The position numbers were made by a program, and so were the translations under genes. A model generated the notes under the pieces. It was not told the origin of the DNA. It did no database searches and worked only from the letters and a program-made list of their open reading frames with translations. Below are positions 29,280 to 38,477 of a stretch of DNA of 64,000 nucleotides, one piece after another. The stretch covers positions 1-64,000 of the forward strand of contig JBBRLX010000021.1 in NCBI GenBank assembly GCA_038231135.1, given 5' to 3'. Positions within the stretch are counted from its first letter, which is position 1, and each line of letters starts with the position of its first letter. Source of the stretch: Candidatus Eiseniibacteriota bacterium. Its GTDB lineage: Bacteria; Eisenbacteria; RBG-16-71-46.

Positions 29280-29603
29280 TTAGAGCCCCAGTGCCGCGGT
29301 CTTCTTCACCGCGCGCCCGACCGCGTCGGGCAGCACGCCCATGGCCTGCTCGGCGGTGAGGATCGGCGTGACCTCGGGGTTCGCGCCGGCGACGAGCTGG
29401 ATCAGGTGGGCCGCCTCGCTCAGCATCGCGGGGTCGTCGGTATGGACGATCATGAACAACTCGCGCTTGAACACCGACACGAAGAACGTCTCGGGTTTGA
29501 GCAGCTCGAGGATCGCGCCGATCGCGGCGCCCGCGCCGCCCCCCGAACGGTCCACCTTGCCGCCGGCATCGATCGATGCTTCGAAACGGATCATGTAACG
29601 CAT
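29280..29603 (-). CDS. Hypothetical protein (GYD/DUF3303-like ferredoxin-type fold)
   Basis: ILELLKPETFF...RELFMIVHTDDP...PEVTPILTAE; SD GAAGGGA. Confidence 0.7.
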   Translation of the reverse strand: MRYMIRFEASIDAGGKVDRSGGGAGAAIGAILELLKPETFFVSVFKRELFMIVHTDDPAMLSEAAHLIQLVAGANPEVTPILTAEQAMGVLPDAVGRAVKKTAALGL

Positions 29604-29730
29604 GGAGTTCCCTTCGGTTGGGATGCCGGATGACCCGCCGTGAATGACCACCGCCGCGGCTCGGCAAGTGGCAGAATGCCGGGAACCCCACGCCGGCGCA
29701 ACACGAAACTCCGCGTGCTACTCTCCCCGC

Positions 29731-31239
29731 ATGCCGATCGATCGTGCCGGACTCGACGAACTGCGCGCGCTGCTGGGCGACGACGGCGTGCTCGCGAGCC
29801 ACGCGGCGCGGTTCACGTACGAGGCGGACGCGCTGGTGCTCGATCGCCACCTGCCGGACGTCGTCGTGCTGCCCCGCTCCACCGACGAGGTCGCGGCCGT
29901 CGTCACCTGGGCCCATGGCCGGGGCATCCCGGTGACGCCGCGCGGCGCCGGCACCGGGCTCGCCGGCGGCGCCACGGCGGAGTTCGGCGGCATCGTGCTG
30001 TCGGTGAACCGCATGGACCGGCTGCTGCGGCTCGACGCCGAGCGCCAGTTCGCGTGGGTGCAGCCGGGGCTCGTGAACCTGGCGCTGTCGCAACAGATCG
30101 CGCCGCACGGGCTGTACTACGCGCCGGATCCGGCGTCGCAGCAGGTGAGCACGATCGGCGGCAACGTCGCCACGAACGCAGGCGGGCCGCATTGCCTCAA
30201 GTACGGCGTCACGCTCAATCACGTGCTCGGCATCACGGTGGTGCTGCACGACGGCACCGTGCTCGCGCTCGGTGGCGAAGCCTTGGATGCGCCGGACTTC
30301 GACCTGGCCTCGGCCGTGATCGGCAGCGAGGGCACGCTCGCCGTAGTGACCGAAATCTGCGTGCGGCTGCTGCCGAAGCCCCAGGCGGTGAAGACCATGC
30401 TGTTCGACTTCGTGACCGTCGAAGCCGCGTGCCGATCCGTGTCGGCGGTGATCGCGGCCGGCATCGTGCCGGCGGCGATGGAGATCATGGATCAGCACAC
30501 GGTCGGCCTCGTCGAGTCGTGGCTGCACCTGGGGCTGCCACTCGACGCGGGCGCGGTGCTGCTGATCGAAGTGGACGGCGCCGCTGTGACGCTGCCGCCG
30601 CAGGTCGGCCGCATCACCGAACTCGCGATCGCGCACGGCTCGCGGTCCACGCGGATCGCGAAGGACGACGCCGAGCGCGCGGCAATCTGGCGCGGGCGCA
30701 AGTCCGCGTTCGGAGCCTATGGCCGTTCCGCGAGCGGGTTCTACATCATGGACGGCGTGGTGCCGCGCACCCGGCTCGCCGAGGCGCTCGCCACGGTCTA
30801 CCGGCTCGCGGCCGAGCGCGGGCTCGAAGCCGGCAACGTGTTCCACGCCGGCGACGGCAACCTGCACCCGCACGTGCTGTTCGACGCCGGCGATCCCGCT
30901 GCCCAGGCACGTGCGCTCGACGTGGCGCACGAGATCCTGCGCATGTGCATCCGGTTCGGCGGCACGATCTCGGGCGAGCATGGCGTCGGCATCGAGAAGC
31001 GTCCGATGATGACCGAGTTGTTCGCGCCCGAGGACCTCGCGACCATGGAGCGCTTCCGCGACGCGTTCAATCCGGACCGGCTGCTCAATCCCGGCAAGAT
31101 CCTCCCCGCGGGCGGCGGCTGCGGCGAGGGCGCCGCGGCGGCGAAGGCCGCGAACGGCCCGCCGCTCCGCGGCGGGATTCCGGCGCAACTCGGCGGCATG
31201 CCGGTGGGCTCGGGTGACGTCGAGGGGCCATGGATCTGA
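29731..31239 (+). CDS. glcD: Glycolate oxidase FAD-linked subunit
   Basis: PRGAGTGLAGG, YAPDPAS, TIGGNVATNAGGPHCLKYGVT, HAGDGNLHP, SGEHGVG, LNPGKI. Confidence 0.93.
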   Translation: MPIDRAGLDELRALLGDDGVLASHAARFTYEADALVLDRHLPDVVVLPRSTDEVAAVVTWAHGRGIPVTPRGAGTGLAGGATAEFGGIVLSVNRMDRLLRLDAERQFAWVQPGLVNLALSQQIAPHGLYYAPDPASQQVSTIGGNVATNAGGPHCLKYGVTLNHVLGITVVLHDGTVLALGGEALDAPDFDLASAVIGSEGTLAVVTEICVRLLPKPQAVKTMLFDFVTVEAACRSVSAVIAAGIVPAAMEIMDQHTVGLVESWLHLGLPLDAGAVLLIEVDGAAVTLPPQVGRITELAIAHGSRSTRIAKDDAERAAIWRGRKSAFGAYGRSASGFYIMDGVVPRTRLAEALATVYRLAAERGLEAGNVFHAGDGNLHPHVLFDAGDPAAQARALDVAHEILRMCIRFGGTISGEHGVGIEKRPMMTELFAPEDLATMERFRDAFNPDRLLNPGKILPAGGGCGEGAAAAKAANGPPLRGGIPAQLGGMPVGSGDVEGPWI

Positions 31240-31312
31240 TGCGCGCGACGTCCGGCACCGCACGAAGCTCGGAGCGGCCAGGACGCCCGCGCCACTGCGA
31301 CCGGGTGCCCCG

Positions 31313-32575
31313 ATGACCTCCGCGACGCTGCCCTTGCCGGCCGATCGCATGCTGGCGCCCGAGCCGTATACGATCGGCGGTGTCACTCCGCGCATGGCCG
31401 CACGGCCGGCCGATCGCGCCGAGTTGTGCGAGCTGTTGCGTGCCACCGCGCGCGACGGCGGGACGATCGTGCCGTGGGGCGGCGGCACGTCCCTGCGCGC
31501 CGCCGCTCCACCCGGTCGCTACGACCTCGCGATCGATCTGCGCGGCCTCGATCGCGTGATCGAGTACGAGCCCGAGGATCTGACGCTCACCGCCGAGTGC
31601 GGCGTGACGATCGCGGCGCTGCGCGGTCGCCTCGCCGCGCGTGGGCAGGAGCTGCCGCTCGAATGCGCGCAGGCCGCGGGGGCGACGTTCGGCGGCGTGC
31701 TCGCGGCGAACGCGTCCGGGCCACGCCGGCTGCGGTTCGGGGCGCCGGTCGATCGCATCCTCGGCGCCCGGTTCGCGCTCGCCGACGGTACGCTCGCCCA
31801 CACCGGTGGCAAGGTGGTGAAGAACGTGGCGGGGTACGGCATCCATCGCCTGCTGTGCGGCGCGGGCGGCGCGCTCGGCATGTTCGTCGACGCCAGCCTC
31901 AAGCTGCTGCCCGCGCCCGCCGCCCGTGCGGCGCGGATCTACGAGCTGACCCGCGCGCAGCTCGTGGACCGCGCGCTGTGGGCGCCGTTCCCACGACTCG
32001 AGCCCGCGGTGTTCACGGTGGTCGGCGCCGCGACCGCGAGCGGCACGGGGTCCGCCGCCGCGGGTGCATCGTTGCCGGGAGCCACGGGGCGGCGGCCGTT
32101 CTGGGCGGTGCTCGGATTCGAAGACGATGCGCCGCGAGTCGCGGAGCTTTGCGGCATCACAGCCGCCGCGCTCGGTGAGCCGGTGGCCGAGTTGCGCGAC
32201 GCCGAGGCCGAAGGATTGTGGCAGCGGCTCGCGGACCTGGCGGACTCGGCGCCCATGCGGCTCACGTTCACGAGCGCACACAACACCCCGGCGGCGCTCG
32301 TGACCCTGCCGGACGCCGGAGCCGGCACCCAGGCAGGCGGCTTCGTGTTCCACGCCGCCTGCGGGCGGCTCCACGAATTTCCGGCGGCGGCGCTGGGCCC
32401 GGACGCGATCGCCGCCCGGGCGGCGGCGGGATTCGCGCTCATCGAGGCGCGGGGCGCCGTGGCAACGCCCGCGATTCCGTCGGTTTCCGGCGTTCGCGAG
32501 CTGCGGCGCCGGATCCGCACGGCGCTCGATCCCGGGTCGCGCATGGCCCTGGGGGCGGCCTGGGAAGGACGTTGA
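31313..32575 (+). CDS. glcE: Glycolate oxidase FAD-binding subunit
   Basis: PWGGGT, EYEPEDLT, NASGPRRLRFG, GGKVVKNVAGY; directly downstream of glcD. Confidence 0.85.
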   Translation: MTSATLPLPADRMLAPEPYTIGGVTPRMAARPADRAELCELLRATARDGGTIVPWGGGTSLRAAAPPGRYDLAIDLRGLDRVIEYEPEDLTLTAECGVTIAALRGRLAARGQELPLECAQAAGATFGGVLAANASGPRRLRFGAPVDRILGARFALADGTLAHTGGKVVKNVAGYGIHRLLCGAGGALGMFVDASLKLLPAPAARAARIYELTRAQLVDRALWAPFPRLEPAVFTVVGAATASGTGSAAAGASLPGATGRRPFWAVLGFEDDAPRVAELCGITAAALGEPVAELRDAEAEGLWQRLADLADSAPMRLTFTSAHNTPAALVTLPDAGAGTQAGGFVFHAACGRLHEFPAAALGPDAIAARAAAGFALIEARGAVATPAIPSVSGVRELRRRIRTALDPGSRMALGAAWEGR

Positions 32576-32723
32576 GACTCGGGACCCGTCCCCGGAACCG
32601 CGCATGGCGGGCGGGGTATTGAAAATAGCCCGGTTTCGGCGACTAGAGCTTGCTCCGGTTCCAGCCGATGCAATAGCCTCAACCTCTCCCCCGGAAAGCA
32701 CCGCCCTCCAACGAGGATCCTCC

Positions 32724-33605
32724 ATGACCCCCACATTTCGCCGTCTCTGCCTCGGAGCCGCGCTGCTGATCGCGGTGCTGAGCACGGGGTGCGGCAAGAA
32801 GTCGACCAAGCCCAACCCCATACCGCCGATCACCCAGGCACAATCCGACGACCTGGTGCAGCAGGCAGGCATGGCCGCGAGCATCGATCACGGTGGCTGG
32901 CTCGTCGACATCCTGAGCACGCTTGAGAGCATTCCGCTCGGAAGGTCCACACTGCCGGCAATGAACCGCCGCGTGCTGCGGTCGCCGGCAAGCGCCCGTC
33001 CGGGAGCCTTCGCCGAGCGCGACACGTTGTTCACCCGCGCGTCCATGAACTACAGCATCTTCTACTTCTACACCTCTACCTCCGGCGACTCGCTCGGTGC
33101 CTGGGCCGACAGCGTGACGCAAGTCGACGCCACGAGTCATGCGACGGGAACCCTTACCGACACCGGCTTCAGCGCGTTCTACCGGCATGACGGCGATCCG
33201 GTGACTGCGATCGGGTTCGCCGACACGGTTGGCCCCGACACCATTTCGTTCACGGGCGTCGGCGACGACTCACTGCTCGCGAGCTTCACCCCCGCGATTC
33301 GGGGCGGCGCGACCGTGTTCTATTCGACGACGGGCTTCACCGACTTCGACATCACCATGCTCAGGAATCCGGCCACCAACGTGTTCCCGATCGCAGGGAC
33401 CGCGAACGTGTTCCTGTTCGAGGACCAGCTCAGGAGCGCGAATCCGACCGATCTCACGGGCTCCACTCTCGAAGCCACGGTGACGATCACGTTCAACGGT
33501 ACCCAGAACGCGACCGTCGGGGTCACGAACGAACTCGAGAGCGATACACCCCAGTTCCGCTACACGCTCGACCTCCGTACCGGGCACGTGCAACGGCTGC
33601 CCTGA
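32724..33605 (+). CDS. Hypothetical lipoprotein
   Basis: Lipobox STGC followed by GKKSTKP; Thr/Ser-rich beta-type body; SD GAGGA. Confidence 0.75.
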   Translation: MTPTFRRLCLGAALLIAVLSTGCGKKSTKPNPIPPITQAQSDDLVQQAGMAASIDHGGWLVDILSTLESIPLGRSTLPAMNRRVLRSPASARPGAFAERDTLFTRASMNYSIFYFYTSTSGDSLGAWADSVTQVDATSHATGTLTDTGFSAFYRHDGDPVTAIGFADTVGPDTISFTGVGDDSLLASFTPAIRGGATVFYSTTGFTDFDITMLRNPATNVFPIAGTANVFLFEDQLRSANPTDLTGSTLEATVTITFNGTQNATVGVTNELESDTPQFRYTLDLRTGHVQRLP

Positions 33606-33627
33606 CGCATCGGGAAGGTTCCCCAGG

Positions 33628-33661
33628 CCGCCCGGACCCATCGGTCCGGGCGGTTTCGTTT
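33628..33661 (+). terminator. Intrinsic terminator
   Basis: CCGCCCGGACC-catc-GGTCCGGGCGG followed by TTTCGTTT. Confidence 0.8.
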
Positions 33662-33723
33662 GGTGCCGGGCGAGGTTGTCATCGGCGCGCGCGGGCCGCA
33701 TCATCGCGGCCAGGGAGGTGTTC

Positions 33724-34716
33724 ATGGACCTGCTGTCGCTGCTGCCCGTGATCATGGTCGTCACCGGAACCGCCGGCGCGCGCGCCGCCAGCCCGCTGGC
33801 GCATACGTATTCCATCGTCGCCCGCGATTCCGCAACCGGCGAGCTGGGCGTTGCCGTCCAGTCGCATTACTTCTCGGTCGGCCCGATCGTGCCGTGGGCC
33901 GAGGCTGGCGTGGGTGCGGTCGCCACGCAGTCGCTGGTGCTCGTGGACTACGGGCCCAAGGGCCTCGACCTTATGCGGCAGGGGCTCACGGCGCCGCAGG
34001 CCCTCCATGCGCTGCTCGAGGCCGACACCAACCCCGACGTGCGGCAGGTCGCGATGATCGACACGGCCGGCCGCGTCGCCGCGCACACCGGCCCCAAGTG
34101 CATCCCGGATGCCGGGCAGCAGACCGGCGAGCAGTTCTCGGTGCAGGCGAACCTGATGGCGAACGACCGGGTGTGGCCGGCGATGGCCGCGGCGTACCGG
34201 ACCGCGAAGGGCGACCTCGCCGAGCGCATGCTGCAGGCGCTCGAAGCCGGCGAGAAGGCCGGCGGTGACATCCGCGGGCGCCAGTCGGCGGCGATCGTGG
34301 TCGTGCGCGCCCAGTCGACGGGCAAGCCGTGGCAGGACCGCGTCATCGACCTGCGCGTCGAGGACCACGCGAACCCCGTCCCGGAACTGCGGCGCCTGGT
34401 GCGGCTGCGCCGCGCCTACAATCTGGAGGACGCCGGCGACAACTTCATCGCCGACAAGCGGCCCGAGCAGGCGCTGGCCGCATATGCGGCGGCGGCGAAG
34501 CTCGCGCCCGAAATCGTGGAACTGCAATTCTGGGCCGCGGTGTCGATGTACACGAACGGCCAGGAGGCGCAGGGCTTGAAGACGTTCCACGACGTGTTCG
34601 CGCGCGAAGGCAAGCGCTGGGTGGACCTGGTGCCGCGGCTCGCGAAGGTCGGCCTGTTCCCCGACGACCCCGCGAAGATCGTCCAGGTGCAGAAGCAGTG
34701 GAGTGGCCACAGGTGA
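33724..34716 (+). CDS. DUF1028 Ntn-hydrolase-like protein with C-terminal TPR-like helices
   Basis: HTYSIVARD..TGELGVAVQS, GAVATQS, SVQANLM, GGDIRGRQSAA, DLRVEDH. Confidence 0.9.
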   Translation: MDLLSLLPVIMVVTGTAGARAASPLAHTYSIVARDSATGELGVAVQSHYFSVGPIVPWAEAGVGAVATQSLVLVDYGPKGLDLMRQGLTAPQALHALLEADTNPDVRQVAMIDTAGRVAAHTGPKCIPDAGQQTGEQFSVQANLMANDRVWPAMAAAYRTAKGDLAERMLQALEAGEKAGGDIRGRQSAAIVVVRAQSTGKPWQDRVIDLRVEDHANPVPELRRLVRLRRAYNLEDAGDNFIADKRPEQALAAYAAAAKLAPEIVELQFWAAVSMYTNGQEAQGLKTFHDVFAREGKRWVDLVPRLAKVGLFPDDPAKIVQVQKQWSGHR

Positions 34717-36644
34717 GTTCATCCCCGAACCCGAATGTGGAGCCGGCCCCCAAGAGCCCGCCTCCGAAACCCACGACGGTGGTGGCTGCGCCGCCGAAAC
34801 CGGCGAAGAAGCCGCTGAACGCGCAGGACGCTTGGCGCGAAGCCCGGGAGTTGATCTGGGTGCATCGCAGCCGGCTCGGCATCGGCCTGGCGCTGATGTT
34901 CGTGAGCCGCATGGCGGGGCTCGTGCTCCCCGCCACCACGAAGTACCTGATCGACGACGTGATCGGCAAGCGCCGCATCGATCTGCTCCCGATGATCGCG
35001 CTCGCAGCCGGCGGCGCCACGATCGTGCAGGCCGCGACGTCGTTCGCGCTGTCGCAGTTGCTCGGCGTCGCCGCCCAGCGCGCGATCGCCGACATGCGCA
35101 AGAACGTCATGGAACACGTGCTGCGACTGCCGATTTCATATTTCGACGCCACGCAAACCGGCGTGCTGATCTCGCGGGTCATGAACGACTCCGATGGCGT
35201 CCGCAACCTCGTGGGCACCGGGCTCGTGCAGCTCACCGGCAGCATCGTGACCGCGACCGTGGCTCTGGGCGTGCTGCTGTATCTCAACTGGAAGCTCACG
35301 GTGTTCAACCTCGTGATCCTCGGGATGTTCGCGGGATTCATGACCTACGCGTTCCGCACGCTGCGCCCGCTGTTCCGGGAGCGCGGGAAGATCCAGGCCG
35401 AGGTGACGGGGCGGCTCACCGAATCGGTGGGCGGCATCCGGATCGTCAAGGCCTACACCGCCGAGCGGCGCGAGCAGCTGGTGTTCGCGCGCGGCGCGCA
35501 CCGGCTGTTCCGCAACGTGGCGAAAAGCATGACCGGGGTGTCGGCGGCCCAGTCACTGTCGGCGCTCGTGGTCGGCGTCGTCGGCGTGATCATGATGATC
35601 GTGGGCGGCCACGACATCCTGGCCGGCCGCATGACGCTCGGCGCGTTCATCATGTACGTGACGTTCACCGGCATGCTGGCCGCGCCGCTGATGGAGCTGG
35701 CCTCGATCGGCACCCAGATCACCGAGGCGTTCGCCGGGCTCGATCGCATCCGCGAGATCCGCCGCATGACGACCGAGAGCGACGAGGACGCCACGCGCGC
35801 GCCAATTCCCGTGCTGCACGGCGACGTGGAGTTCCACGACGTCACGTTCGAATACGTGGTCGGCACGCCGGTGTTGAAGCACGTGTCGTTCACCGCGCCC
35901 GCCGGCACCGTCACGGCGCTCGTCGGCTCGAGCGGCTCGGGCAAGAGCACGCTGACCAGCCTGATCATGGCGTTCAACCGGCCGCTGCAGGGCCGCGTGA
36001 CCATCGACGGCCGCGATCTCGCGAAGGTGCGGCTCGGGGACTTCCGCGCCAATCTCGGTGTCGTGCTGCAGGACAACTTCCTGTTCGACGGCACCATCGC
36101 CGAGAACATCGCGTTCTCGAGCCCGGGCGCGCCGCGCGCGGACATCGAACGCGTCGCCCAGATCGCGCATTGCGACGAGTTCATCCGCGAGTTCGAGCAC
36201 GGCTACGACCAGGTGGTGGGCGAGCGCGGCGTGAAGCTGTCAGGCGGCCAGCGCCAGCGCGTCGCGATCGCGCGCGCGATCCTCGCGGACCCGAAGATCC
36301 TGATCCTCGACGAGGCCACGTCGAGCCTCGACAGCGAGAGCGAGTCGATGATCCAGGACGGCCTGCGGGCGCTGATGCGGGACCGCACCACGTTCGTGAT
36401 CGCGCACCGGTTGTCGACGATCGTGAACGCCGATCAGATCCTGGTGCTCGAGCACGGCGAGATCGTCGAGCGCGGCACGCATCGCGAGTTGCTCGCGAAG
36501 CAGGGCCGTTACCGCGAGTTGTACGACCGGCAGTACCAGCTCGAGATGAACCGGTTCATCAATCCCGGCGAGGACTTCACGCCCGCGCAGGTGCGGGCGG
36601 AGATGGTGAACGAACGCGAGAACGTGGCACCGCCCGCGATGTAG
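34713..36644 (+). CDS. ABC transporter, fused permease/ATPase (MsbA-like exporter)
   Basis: TM domain, Walker A GSSGSGKS, LSGGQRQR, ILILDEATS, IAHRLST; GTGA overlap with the upstream gene. Confidence 0.93.
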   Translation: MSSSPNPNVEPAPKSPPPKPTTVVAAPPKPAKKPLNAQDAWREARELIWVHRSRLGIGLALMFVSRMAGLVLPATTKYLIDDVIGKRRIDLLPMIALAAGGATIVQAATSFALSQLLGVAAQRAIADMRKNVMEHVLRLPISYFDATQTGVLISRVMNDSDGVRNLVGTGLVQLTGSIVTATVALGVLLYLNWKLTVFNLVILGMFAGFMTYAFRTLRPLFRERGKIQAEVTGRLTESVGGIRIVKAYTAERREQLVFARGAHRLFRNVAKSMTGVSAAQSLSALVVGVVGVIMMIVGGHDILAGRMTLGAFIMYVTFTGMLAAPLMELASIGTQITEAFAGLDRIREIRRMTTESDEDATRAPIPVLHGDVEFHDVTFEYVVGTPVLKHVSFTAPAGTVTALVGSSGSGKSTLTSLIMAFNRPLQGRVTIDGRDLAKVRLGDFRANLGVVLQDNFLFDGTIAENIAFSSPGAPRADIERVAQIAHCDEFIREFEHGYDQVVGERGVKLSGGQRQRVAIARAILADPKILILDEATSSLDSESESMIQDGLRALMRDRTTFVIAHRLSTIVNADQILVLEHGEIVERGTHRELLAKQGRYRELYDRQYQLEMNRFINPGEDFTPAQVRAEMVNERENVAPPAM

Positions 36645-36662
36645 TGCCCCGGAGGGATCGAG

Positions 36663-37088
36663 ATGGCGGAACCAACCGGCAGCGGGCAGTCCGGCGCCGA
36701 CCCCGTGAACGGGCAGCGCGTGCGCGAGCTGCGCCAGTCGCTGCTCACCCTGCACAAGGTGCTGCTCGAGGGCGAACAGCGGGCCTACGAGCGCGGCCAC
36801 GGCCGCATTGCGTCGAGCGGCGAGTTGCTGCAGATCGTCATGCACGATCCGCGGTTCGCGTGGCTCCACTCGCTGTCGGAGCTGGTCGTGCGCATCGACG
36901 AGATGCTCGAGGCCGAGGACCCGATCTCGGCCGCGGACGTGAAGGCGCTGCTGGACGAGACCCGCGACCTCGTCACGCCGTCGGAGACCGGCTCCGGCCG
37001 CGCGAAGCGCTATCACATAGCGCTGCAGCGCGACCCGGCGGTCGTGGTGGCGCATGGGGCGCTGGTGAAGGTGCTGGCGGCGAAGTAG
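36663..37088 (+). CDS. Hypothetical helical protein
   Basis: LLTLHKVLL..YERGHGRI..LLQIVMHDPRFAWLHSLSELVVRIDE; SD GGAGGG; typical codon use. Confidence 0.75.
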   Translation: MAEPTGSGQSGADPVNGQRVRELRQSLLTLHKVLLEGEQRAYERGHGRIASSGELLQIVMHDPRFAWLHSLSELVVRIDEMLEAEDPISAADVKALLDETRDLVTPSETGSGRAKRYHIALQRDPAVVVAHGALVKVLAAK

Positions 37089-37134
37089 GGCGACGGGGCG
37101 AACCATGCGTGCGACCCGCCTGTCCCCGCCTCCC

Positions 37135-38337
37135 TCACTCCGTCTTCGCGCCCTGCGCGATCCACGCCCCCAGCGTGCGCCGTTCGTCCTCGGTCATGCC
37201 GGTGATGTTCCCGAGCGGCATCGTCTTCGTCACGACGGCGCGCACCATGATGCGCGGCGCGAGCAGATGCATGCGCTCCGGCGTCTCGAGGATGATGCCG
37301 CTCGGCGGCTGGGAGAACGACGGGTTCGACGGGTGCGTCGAATGGCAGGTGAGGCAGCGGCGCTGGACGATCGCCTGCGCCTCCGCGATCGACACCGGAG
37401 GAGCGTTGTCGAACCCGGCCCCGGCGGCTCCGGGTGATTGTGCCTGAACCGTCATCCCGATCACGAGCAGCAGCGCCGCGACCCCGAGCGTGACGACGAG
37501 CTTGTTGCTGCGCGCCTGGAAATTCATCACGTACTTCGCCACCGCCCCTACCACCATCACGAGCAATAGCACGATCCAGTTGTACCGATGGCCATAGGTG
37601 CTCGGGAAATGCGAGCTCAGCATCGTGAACAGCACGGGCAGCGTGACGTAGTGATTGTGGATCGAGCGCTGCTTGGCGCGCACGCCGTATGACGTGTCCA
37701 CCTCGGTGCCCGCACGCGTGGCGGCGAGCATGTGGTTCTGCGACGGGATGATCCGGCGCCACACGTTCGCCGCCATCGAGGTGCCGATCGCGGCGCCGCT
37801 GAGCAGGAACGCGGCGCGTCCGCCATAGACGTGGGTGAAGACATAGACGAGCCCGACGATCAGCGCGATCGACATCGCGAGCGCGACGCGCGGCTGGCGG
37901 GATATGGGCGACATCCAGATCGCGTCGTAGATCAGCCACGAGGCGGCGATGATCGCGAGGCTCAGCGCGATCGCCGGCCCCCGCGCGATCGATGAGATGG
38001 CCGGGTCTGTGAGAAACGCGGCGCCGCCGAGGTAGTAGACCACCACCAGCAGGAACGCCCCGGACCACCAGGTGGCATACGCCTGCCACTTGAACCAGTG
38101 GAGATGCTTCGGCATCTCGGCAGGGGCCAGGTACCGGCGCTTCACGACCTCGTAGAACCCGCCGCTATGCACCATCCACAATTCGCCCGCGACGGCGCCC
38201 TCCCGCTCCCGGGTGGGGGCGGTGAGGCTCGAATCCATCCACATGAACAGGAACGAGTCGCCGATCCACATGATCGCGGCGATCACGTGAGCCCAGCGGA
38301 AGATCAGGTTGAGCCATTCCAGCGCGAGCGGTCCCAT
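37135..38337 (-). CDS. puuD: Urate hydroxylase PuuD with C-terminal cytochrome c domain
   Basis: RWAHVIAAIMWIG, LWMVHSGGFY, HWFKWQAY, RSIHNHYVTLPVLFTMLSSH; heme motif CLTCH; MPLGNITGMT. Confidence 0.9.
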   Translation of the reverse strand: MGPLALEWLNLIFRWAHVIAAIMWIGDSFLFMWMDSSLTAPTREREGAVAGELWMVHSGGFYEVVKRRYLAPAEMPKHLHWFKWQAYATWWSGAFLLVVVYYLGGAAFLTDPAISSIARGPAIALSLAIIAASWLIYDAIWMSPISRQPRVALAMSIALIVGLVYVFTHVYGGRAAFLLSGAAIGTSMAANVWRRIIPSQNHMLAATRAGTEVDTSYGVRAKQRSIHNHYVTLPVLFTMLSSHFPSTYGHRYNWIVLLLVMVVGAVAKYVMNFQARSNKLVVTLGVAALLLVIGMTVQAQSPGAAGAGFDNAPPVSIAEAQAIVQRRCLTCHSTHPSNPSFSQPPSGIILETPERMHLLAPRIMVRAVVTKTMPLGNITGMTEDERRTLGAWIAQGAKTE

Positions 38338-38477
38338 GGAACGGCGGAAGATACCAGAACGCGCAACGCCGAACCCATGGAGAGCTTGCGGGTCTTGAAC
38401 AACTCCCCGGCGCTGGCAGGGTAATGGTACGCTCGAAACGGCGGCCTCCACGGCCCGCCGTACCCTTCGGAGAGGCG

